Below are positions 57,417 through 64,000 of a stretch of 64,000 bases of DNA, in pieces. The stretch covers positions 16,378-80,377 of the forward strand of contig SYIM01000036.1 of the NCBI GenBank assembly GCA_005798775.1. The letters are read 5' to 3'. The position numbers and the translations under genes are program-made. How positions within the stretch are numbered: position 1 is the first letter of the stretch; every line of letters starts with the position of its first letter. This DNA comes from Burkholderiales bacterium. Its GTDB lineage: Bacteria > Pseudomonadota > Gammaproteobacteria > Burkholderiales > Burkholderiaceae_E. The notes beneath the pieces were generated by a model, which saw nothing but the letters and a program-made list of their open reading frames with translations, did no database searches and was not told the origin of the DNA.

Positions 57417-59729
57417 TCAGTCTGCCAATCCCGCCGCCACCCGGATCGCAGCCTGTGCATTCGCTTCGTTCGGCTCGAGAAGGCTTCCGGGCGCAAGTTC
57501 ACCCGGCTCGATCAGAACATGGTCGATCACTCCACCGTACGGAAATGCGTCGCGATGCGCATAGCGTTCACTCACCGACAACCGACGAGACAGCCCGACA
57601 CTCATGCCGGCAGTGGGGATACGAAGCATGGTGGGCGACAGATCAATGCCCGCCACAGACGGTTCACCGTTCAACCCAATACTCGCGTGACCCTTGCGCG
57701 CGCCGGCGGCTACGTACTCGAAGCGATAGTGCTGGCGCCCCTCAGACAGAGGGATAGGCGGCAAAGTGGTAGGTTGATGCCACCACTGATACACGCAATG
57801 AACGCGGCCCGCTTCCACAAACAGTGCAAGGCCACAAAAGCGGTCGCCGAGCGCAAAGATCACGCCCTCCTGCCCGTGAGACCACTCGAAGAAAGCCTCC
57901 AGCCGGTAGCTGCGATCGCAGACCAGTGGCGAGACCACCAGCGATGGAACTGAGGGGCCTACCGGATAGAACCGGCGTGGCATCAGCATGCGCGACACCT
58001 CATGGGGCGGTACATGGTGGTTACGACGCTCATCGCGTGTATCAATCGGGTAGACATGATTCGTACCCGCTTCGGCCTCAAATTCATCAATCAGCTGCCG
58101 CAGCCGCACCGGCTCGGTCGATGCAAGGTCGTTGATCTCAGCGGGATCATCCGCAAGGTTGAACAGCATCCAGTTATCCAGATCGATCGCCTTGTCCGGG
58201 GTCTGGAGCGACACGATCTTCCAGGAGCCCGAGATGTAGGCACGACTGCCCTGAAGTTCATAGTATTGGCGCGTTCGGGCAGCCGGCGCTCGCGCATTGC
58301 TCACAACGTGCGAGAAGCTCTTGCCATCAAACGGCAGGGTCGGGTGTTCATTGAAATGCTGCGGCATTTGCCCGCCAGCGTAGTCCATGACCGTCGGCAA
58401 AAGGTCGGTGACATGAACCCACTGCCTCCGGATGGAGCCCGGATCGACGATCTGCTGCGGCCAGTGCATCACGAGGGGCACGCGAATACCGCCTGCCATC
58501 GGCGTGCGCTTGAAATACCGGTAAGGCGTATTGCTGAGCTGCGTCCATCCGGTGGGATAGCAGACGTAGGTGTCTGCATCACCCACTCGATCTTCCTCAA
58601 GCAATCGCAGATTGAGCGCCATGTTTTCGGTTGCACCCATCCGCCGCCCGATCAGATTCATGACGCCTGAAGGCCCCGCTACCGCATTGGCGCCGTTGTC
58701 GGAGGTGAGCAGCACCAGCGTGTTGTCAAAGAGGTCCACCCGTTGCAGACAGCTCATGAGCCGGCCCACGTTCTGGTCAGCGTTATTAAGGAGCGCCGCG
58801 TACACCTCCATGTAGCGCGCAAAGAGCGCGCGCTCGTCTTCACTGAGCGATGCCCAGTCTGGCACGCCTGGGTTACGCGGCGCAAAACCTGCGTTCGGTT
58901 CGATGAGACCGGCAGCACGTTGGCGCTCATAGCGCCGGCGACGCAGCACATCCCAACCCTCATTGAAGCGGCCACGGAAGCGCTGCAAGTCCTCGGGCTT
59001 CGCGTGCAGCGGGCCGTGTGGCGTCTGAAAAGCCAGGTACAGAAAGAAAGGCTTGTCGGGTGAACTGGTGGCGTGCTGAGTGAGCCATTCCACGGCACGC
59101 TGGGTATAGTCATCGGGCGCAAAATAACCATCGGGATAGCGCACCACATGAGCCGGATGGTTACCCTCCATCATGTTGTCAGGTTGGAAATAGCTGGTTT
59201 CGGCGCCCATGAAACCGTAGAACTGATCAAACCCTCGCTGGATCGGCCAGGAGCGGGTATCGCCTCCTGGCAAATTGTTGCGGTCGTAGGTGTTGTGCCA
59301 CTTGCCCGCCGCGAGCGTGGAATAGCCCCCCGCGCGCAATAGCTCCGCCATGGTGGGAGCGGCGAGCGATATCTCACCGCCATAACCCGGATACCCCGGG
59401 TTGTTCTGAGACAGCCAGCCACAGCCCACGCCGTGCGGGTTACGCCCGGTGAGCAGGGCCGCGCGCGCGGGCGTGCACATGGGCACCGTGGTGTAGCCGG
59501 TAAAGAGCAGCCCACCCGCCGCGAGTGCATCGATATTGGGCGTATCGATATCGCCACCAAAGCACCCAAGATCCGAAAACCCCATGTCATCTAACAGGAT
59601 CACGATGACATTTGGGCTGCCAGAGCGCGCACGCACCGGAGGCAGCCAGTAGGGGCGCGATTGCGCGAGCGTCTTTGCAACGGTTACGCCGGGTGAACGG
59701 TCTGACCGTGAGGAGGCTTGGGACATCAT
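57417..59729 (-). CDS. Cys-type arylsulfatase with extra C-terminal domain, apparently cytoplasmic
   Basis: VIVILLDDMGFSDLGCFGG and CTPARAALLTGR (formylglycine CxPxR motif). There is no hydrophobic leader after ATG 59729. The ~230-aa C-terminal extension is beta-rich (lectin/LamG-like guess). Confidence 0.85.
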   Translation of the reverse strand: MMSQASSRSDRSPGVTVAKTLAQSRPYWLPPVRARSGSPNVIVILLDDMGFSDLGCFGGDIDTPNIDALAAGGLLFTGYTTVPMCTPARAALLTGRNPHGVGCGWLSQNNPGYPGYGGEISLAAPTMAELLRAGGYSTLAAGKWHNTYDRNNLPGGDTRSWPIQRGFDQFYGFMGAETSYFQPDNMMEGNHPAHVVRYPDGYFAPDDYTQRAVEWLTQHATSSPDKPFFLYLAFQTPHGPLHAKPEDLQRFRGRFNEGWDVLRRRRYERQRAAGLIEPNAGFAPRNPGVPDWASLSEDERALFARYMEVYAALLNNADQNVGRLMSCLQRVDLFDNTLVLLTSDNGANAVAGPSGVMNLIGRRMGATENMALNLRLLEEDRVGDADTYVCYPTGWTQLSNTPYRYFKRTPMAGGIRVPLVMHWPQQIVDPGSIRRQWVHVTDLLPTVMDYAGGQMPQHFNEHPTLPFDGKSFSHVVSNARAPAARTRQYYELQGSRAYISGSWKIVSLQTPDKAIDLDNWMLFNLADDPAEINDLASTEPVRLRQLIDEFEAEAGTNHVYPIDTRDERRNHHVPPHEVSRMLMPRRFYPVGPSVPSLVVSPLVCDRSYRLEAFFEWSHGQEGVIFALGDRFCGLALFVEAGRVHCVYQWWHQPTTLPPIPLSEGRQHYRFEYVAAGARKGHASIGLNGEPSVAGIDLSPTMLRIPTAGMSVGLSRRLSVSERYAHRDAFPYGGVIDHVLIEPGELAPGSLLEPNEANAQAAIRVAAGLAD

Positions 59730-59755
59730 GGCTGACCTGTAAAAACAGACCCTGA

Positions 59756-60730
59756 TTAATCGGCTTTGATATTGGCCCGCTTCACGACCGCGGTCCACTT
59801 GGCCAGGTCGTCACGCAGGTAGGCTGAAAACTGCTCAAGCGTTGCGACCGGCGCAGCCGACATTCCACTGTTCGTAAGTGCAGTTCGCAGGCCCTCGCTC
59901 AAGAGCGCGCGGTCAATCTCGGCACGGAGGCGACGCATGACGGCTGGCGAAGTGCCCTTTGGCGCCAGGATGCCCAACCACTGATCAGCTTCGAAGTCCT
60001 TGACCCCGGATTCGGCCATCGTGGGCAGATCCGGAAGCGCCGAAAATCGCTTCGCACCCGTGACGGCGATTGCGCGTACCGCACCCGACCGGATCTGCGG
60101 CAACGCCACCGCTGCGTTGGCGAACAGAATGTCGACGTGCCCCGCGATCAGATCGGTGATTGCCTGCGGTGCGCCCTTATAGGGGATGTGCGCGATATCC
60201 AGACCCATCGTGGACTTGTAGAGCTCAGTGGCGAGGTGGGCAGGCGAACCGGTGCCCGCGGAGGCGTAGGACAACTTGCCGGGGCGCGCGCGGGCCAGCG
60301 CGGTGAGCTCCTGCACCGTCTTGGCGGCCAAGCCGACATTGACCACCACGATGGAGGGCGCATACGCCACAACCGCCACTGGTGCGAAATCATTGACCCC
60401 ATCGAACGGGAGCTTCTGCCCCAGCGCTGCGTTCATGTTGAGGGCTGAAGTGGTGAGGACGAGCGTATAGCCGTCGGGGGCGGCCTTTGCCGCCAGATCT
60501 GCGCCAATCACACCGCCCGCACCCACCTTGTTATCGATCACGACGGGTTGCCCCATACTCGCCTGCAACTCCTTCGCAACAGTCCGCGCAGCGATATCCA
60601 CCAACCCGCCTGCGGGCCAGGGAACAATCATGCGAATCGGCCTTGCCGGATAGTCCTGTGCGACGGCCGATAGCGACGCGAAACTGGCGATCAGAGCGAT
60701 CGCAACGCTGCGTAAACCCGGTATGTACAT
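59756..60730 (-). CDS. Bug/TctC family periplasmic receptor
   Basis: Signal peptide ..LSAVAQD, then YPARPIRMIVPWPAGGLVDIAARTVA. Confidence 0.85.
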   Translation of the reverse strand: MYIPGLRSVAIALIASFASLSAVAQDYPARPIRMIVPWPAGGLVDIAARTVAKELQASMGQPVVIDNKVGAGGVIGADLAAKAAPDGYTLVLTTSALNMNAALGQKLPFDGVNDFAPVAVVAYAPSIVVVNVGLAAKTVQELTALARARPGKLSYASAGTGSPAHLATELYKSTMGLDIAHIPYKGAPQAITDLIAGHVDILFANAAVALPQIRSGAVRAIAVTGAKRFSALPDLPTMAESGVKDFEADQWLGILAPKGTSPAVMRRLRAEIDRALLSEGLRTALTNSGMSAAPVATLEQFSAYLRDDLAKWTAVVKRANIKAD

Positions 60731-60748
60731 GAGTTGTCCTCCTTTAAA

Positions 60749-62878
60749 TTAATGGTCAGCGATTTTCTGTTCGTTTTCACTCACCACCGGTATCGCTACC
60801 AGGCGTGCGCGGGCGCGCTCCACCGGCTCCGCCATAACATAGGCGGCGAGCCCCGCCTCACGGTCTACCGGTACCACCGTTTCGAGCGTGACGCCCCCTG
60901 CGGGCTGCAGGTGTGGCGGAAACATGGCAAGTTTCTGTCGCTCACCCAGGCGGATGCGTTCGAGATCGAGATCTCGCTCATTGATGCCCGCAACCGGGCG
61001 TTGGGCCACGCCATTTACCATTTCGAGATCGAACCACCAGCGCTTCACGGGATTTCGCATACCGTTTCCCGCAGCATCATCAGCAGCTGCGATTGCGGGC
61101 GCGAGTTCGGCATGCTCGATCGACAACCACATGAGGCGCTCGGCCTCGACCGTGTCTTCGCGATTCCAGGGGCAGGTCTTCATGCAGCGTCCACAGGCCG
61201 ACCCCTTCATATTGGTCACACGATATTTGGTGCATTTCTCAACATCAGCCTTCCAGATCTCGTAGCCGTTAAACATCACCTTCGGGCCAAACGGAATCGC
61301 GTTGCACGGGCACTCGCGCGCGCACTTTCTGCATGACTCGCAAAAGGACTGTAGACCGAAATCGATCGGTCGGTCGACTGTCATCGGCAGATCGGTGGTG
61401 AACACCACGCTTTTCGAGCGGGGTCCGATGAAGGGATTGAGGATGGTGTCACCGATCCGGCTTACTTCGCCCAGGCCCGCCATGAGAATCGCCGGGTTGT
61501 GAATGACCTCCGAGTGCGCATTCGAGTGGGAGCGCGCCGAGTAGCCCATGCGCCGGCAGTGTGCGGCCATGATTCCCGCGATCTCGGCGCCTCGCATATA
61601 GGCGCGCATCGATTGCGAGGCAGAGATCCAGTCATCGCCCGAGGCCCCCTCCATGGTCTCAAAGCCCTGATCGATCAGCATCACCACCGCATACCGGTGA
61701 TAGGCGGAAATCGGCTTGCCCTCGACTTCATCGTGCGAGTAGTACATCCAGGGCTCGGCGCGACAGATGCCCACAAAGTCGGCCCCCAGGAAATAGCCCA
61801 GCGCCTTGATTGCCTGGGCATTGGCGAGGGGATCAGACCGATCGCCGCCAAGACCCGTGGGCACCAGAGGCTCGCGTGTGCCCTGCAGTGGCACCATGCC
61901 TGCGATGAGGGGTTGCATGCCAAGCGCATAGGGATGCTTCATCGGAAAGCGCATCCGTTCACGTTTGGCCTTCTCGCCCAGATCACCGGCCTGCGCACGC
62001 TTGAAAAAATCAGCGCGCTTGGGCACTCGTACGATCGCCTCCTCTTCGACCAGCGTCGTGGGCGTATCCCGCCGGGCAATACGCTCCATTGGATACCGGC
62101 CAAGGTGCAGCGGCCGCCGGTCGAGTTCGGCATCCCACCATGCGGGGCGGGTCCCGTTCTGGCCCATCACGACGGCTGGATCGGCAGGCGCGAGTGAGCC
62201 CGCGGGGTCGAGCGCAAGATCTGCCTCAAACGCGTAGTCAGAGGTCACCGCCGCCAGCCGGAAACCACGATTGAGATACGGCGCCACAAGCATGCCTGCA
62301 TCGGCACGGATAACACCTGCGCGCTGAGCGAGCCACTCCAGATGAACCGATGTCGCCCCCGCCGCATGTCCGGTCGCGGAGAAGCCCATCTGCCTGAGAT
62401 AGCCGGACAGCACTGCAGCGAGTTCAGTCGCACGCAGATCGGTGCGCGCCGCGTTACTGCCTGCGATCCAGGCCTCACCTGACTCGCCTGGGTGCGGCTC
62501 ACGTCCAAACTCCACCAGTAACACCAGCGCATGCGTGTGCCCCGAAACAGATTCTGCCAGCCAGTCAGTCGCCTCCAGACAACAGCCCCCAACGATGCTG
62601 GCGTCCAAAAAATAGGCCGAGGCCTTCAGATTGGCCGACCGCAGCGCAGGATCGTCTGGAATCGGCGCCCGCGCAGCCGCCACGGGTCCGTTCAGATGGC
62701 GTCTAAATAGCGCGAAGTAGTCATCGAGCACATGGGTCATTGCGGCCTCGCCAGGCGTCCGGCGGTCCGACGGCAGCGCTGCACTGCTGTCCGCCTCACA
62801 AGACGGCACACGCGCTAACGCCTCAAGCGCGAGCGGTCCCAGATGGAAAGGACGGTCACGATGGCTGTAGATACGCAC
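60749..62878 (-). CDS. Reductive dehalogenase family protein, cytoplasmic catabolic type (NpRdhA/BhbA-like)
   Basis: 709 aa with no Tat/Sec leader. The C-terminal part has the RdhA-type twin Fe-S motifs FCESCRKCARECP and C..x12..CGRCMKTCPWN, preceded by a region that reads like a B12-binding core. The ~330-aa N-terminal extension agrees with my recollection of NpRdhA architecture. GTG start 62878; alternative ATG 62740. Confidence 0.6.
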   Translation of the reverse strand: MRIYSHRDRPFHLGPLALEALARVPSCEADSSAALPSDRRTPGEAAMTHVLDDYFALFRRHLNGPVAAARAPIPDDPALRSANLKASAYFLDASIVGGCCLEATDWLAESVSGHTHALVLLVEFGREPHPGESGEAWIAGSNAARTDLRATELAAVLSGYLRQMGFSATGHAAGATSVHLEWLAQRAGVIRADAGMLVAPYLNRGFRLAAVTSDYAFEADLALDPAGSLAPADPAVVMGQNGTRPAWWDAELDRRPLHLGRYPMERIARRDTPTTLVEEEAIVRVPKRADFFKRAQAGDLGEKAKRERMRFPMKHPYALGMQPLIAGMVPLQGTREPLVPTGLGGDRSDPLANAQAIKALGYFLGADFVGICRAEPWMYYSHDEVEGKPISAYHRYAVVMLIDQGFETMEGASGDDWISASQSMRAYMRGAEIAGIMAAHCRRMGYSARSHSNAHSEVIHNPAILMAGLGEVSRIGDTILNPFIGPRSKSVVFTTDLPMTVDRPIDFGLQSFCESCRKCARECPCNAIPFGPKVMFNGYEIWKADVEKCTKYRVTNMKGSACGRCMKTCPWNREDTVEAERLMWLSIEHAELAPAIAAADDAAGNGMRNPVKRWWFDLEMVNGVAQRPVAGINERDLDLERIRLGERQKLAMFPPHLQPAGGVTLETVVPVDREAGLAAYVMAEPVERARARLVAIPVVSENEQKIADH

Positions 62879-63261
62879 GAGGGCTGGATCCGCGATCAGG
62901 GTGGATTCGAGAGCATACGCCGCGCGAGCGGGTCACCGGGCTGCTCGCGCGAGCACGGCGCGATAGGGCTGCCGCGCAAACGATTCGGTGCCTTTGAGGC
63001 GATATTTCCGCGTATCGGCCTTGAGACGGACAGGTTGAACAGCCCCCTCGTCCGGCTTGAACTCATGTTGTGCGCCGTGAGCGCCGAACCCAGGGACGAA
63101 GGCGCAACTTAAAATCTTGATTTATGCTGAACAAGCGCACCAGCGCGCGCACTGCCCCGAGCCGACAATGCAACCCGTATACGGATAGATCAGCCGCCAA
63201 CATGCTTTGCGGCCAGGCTTGCGGCGTGGGCGCGCGTTCGGGGGCAAAGGGAGAGGTCCAG

Positions 63262-63813
63262 ATGTCCGCTGTGCTTCTTGAGTCAATTGCCAAAGCGTCG
63301 TAAGAGGCGGGCTTTCGCGCCTGGGTAGTTCCTGCCGCTGGTCCGCAGGCCATATCGGAGCTGTTCTGCCTGGTTCAGGTTGATGAGGCCGGGCGCAATT
63401 ATGTGGTTCACGGCATTTTTCCTGATGAGTTGTCTGGCGCATTCGGCGCCGAGCGCTCGCCGGACGACATCGTCTTCCTGCAGCTTACGCTGCCGTCACC
63501 TTTCACGGTGGAGGCAACCGGTTCCGCCGACACGGCGCTTCTTCTTCATAGCCTCAACCTGCTGACGCCCATCGGCCAGTTCATTCTGAGCGATGACAAA
63601 GGACTGATCGTGTTCCGCTCGATGCTGCCGCACCAGGCGCATAACCTACCCAGCACGCTCGTGGTCGAAGCCCTCCGAATGACACGCTTCTTTGCCACCG
63701 AATTCCTATCAATCATCGAACCGGTCGCGCAGGGGCTAAAAACCTGCCGCGACACCCTGGATGAACTTGCGCGCCAGGGCGTTCGCCTGCCCACCGTGAC
63801 CGCAGCGCGGTAG
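63262..63813 (+). pseudogene. YbjN-like / type III secretion chaperone-like gene with in-frame TAA at codon 14
   Basis: ATG 63262 follows a strong AAAGGGAGAGG RBS and is followed by 13 codons (MSAVLLESIAKAS), then the TAA at 63301-63303. The same frame stays open into the 136-codon ORF (63403-63813). The joined sequence reads like a YbjN-fold chaperone. Confidence 0.45.
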
Positions 63814-63835
63814 GCGTTACGCGCGGAGCCTCGTC

Positions 63836-64000
63836 ATGAACAGCCACGACGCCATTAACCGTCTCCTCAAGAGTTTTTCCTCGGCCTTGCGTATTGCGCC
63901 ACCGCTCACGCTCAACACGGCTGGCGTTTGTGCGTTCGACTATGAAAACGATATGAGCATCGCGGTCGAGGTCCCGGATCAGTCCTCGCAGGTTTATCTG
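63836..64000 (+). CDS. 5' part of a CesT/SycE-type type III secretion chaperone, runs off right edge
   Basis: MNSHDAINRLLKSFSSALRIAPPLTLNTAGVCAFDYENDMSIAVEVPDQSSQVYL matches the class I chaperone N-terminal pattern (L..LG..L.L..L.LD..G.C.L.....V.LE). Confidence 0.5.
   Translation, partial: MNSHDAINRLLKSFSSALRIAPPLTLNTAGVCAFDYENDMSIAVEVPDQSSQVYL

Noticed and set aside
60749-62878. Alternative identity as epoxyqueuosine reductase (QueG), which shares the B12/twin Fe-S design
   Set aside because: QueG proteins are roughly half this size and lack the long N-terminal domain. The operon context (sulfatase, ligase, receptor) is catabolic. This is still listed as the main way the dehalogenase call could be wrong.
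62879-63261. Possible cobalamin riboswitch or hidden gene in the 380-bp spacer upstream of the dehalogenase-like gene
   Set aside because: Reading the minus strand, I could not find a B12-box-like element or the conserved GGGAA/GCCCCCGC-type core. A ~57-codon stop-free minus-strand frame (ending near 62937) has no ATG/GTG/TTG start, and the track ORFs here (62843-63112, 63063-63353, 63122-63442) have no recognisable features. A covariance-model scan would be the decisive test.
1-64000. Search for CRISPR arrays, tandem repeats, IS elements, integrases, tRNA/rRNA genes and phage or defence genes
   Set aside because: None was recognised by reading the spacers and the ORF translations. The spacers are short and non-repetitive. 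Absence is by eye only, and short REP-like elements could have been missed.

Overview
This is a GC-rich (low-to-mid 60s % by eye, not computed), gene-dense bacterial segment. It holds about 58 protein-coding genes on both strands, many joined by ATGA/TGATG overlaps. I recognised no rRNA, tRNA, CRISPR array, transposase or integrase. Nine Bug/TctC-type periplasmic receptors (one broken) point to a betaproteobacterium of the Bordetella/Achromobacter/Cupriavidus/Comamonadaceae kind (inference). The content is a patchwork of solute-uptake and catabolic modules. (i) 0-7.8 kb: AtuA-like pair, 2-hydroxyacid dehydrogenase, HpcH aldolase, SMP-30 lactonase, complete TctCBA transporter, amidohydrolase. 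(ii) 7.8-8.8 kb: a DCC(DUF393)-Coq7 fusion. (iii) 9-21 kb: divergent operons that place a fused E1 alpha-beta and an E2 of a 2-oxoacid/acetoin-dehydrogenase-type complex on opposite strands. They are interleaved with a LIV-type ABC importer, cupin, reductases, an HsaA-like flavin monooxygenase and a VOC protein. (iv) 21-33 kb: D-aminoacylase, orphan Bug receptors, a membrane spermidine-synthase-like fusion, tautomerase, LLM oxidoreductase, LeuCD-like hydro-lyase and the only regulator (LysR). (v) 34-42.5 kb: an acetone-carboxylase-like HyuA/HyuB pair with the gamma (Zn) subunit apparently fused to HyuB, convergent with a class II aldolase-TRAP operon. (vi) 43-56 kb: Bug receptors, TauD, isochorismatase-like hydrolase, ThDP enzyme and a second LIV-type ABC importer. 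(vii) 56-62.9 kb: a tight four-gene operon of NpRdhA/BhbA-like cytoplasmic reductive dehalogenase, Bug receptor, Cys-type arylsulfatase and PaaK-like ligase. This is my best candidate for an undescribed system (desulfation-coupled reductive dehalogenation of a halogenated aromatic acid). (viii) 63.2-64 kb: two type III secretion chaperone-like genes, the first interrupted by an in-frame TAA. All family calls come from motif recognition by eye on the supplied translations; none was checked against a database.
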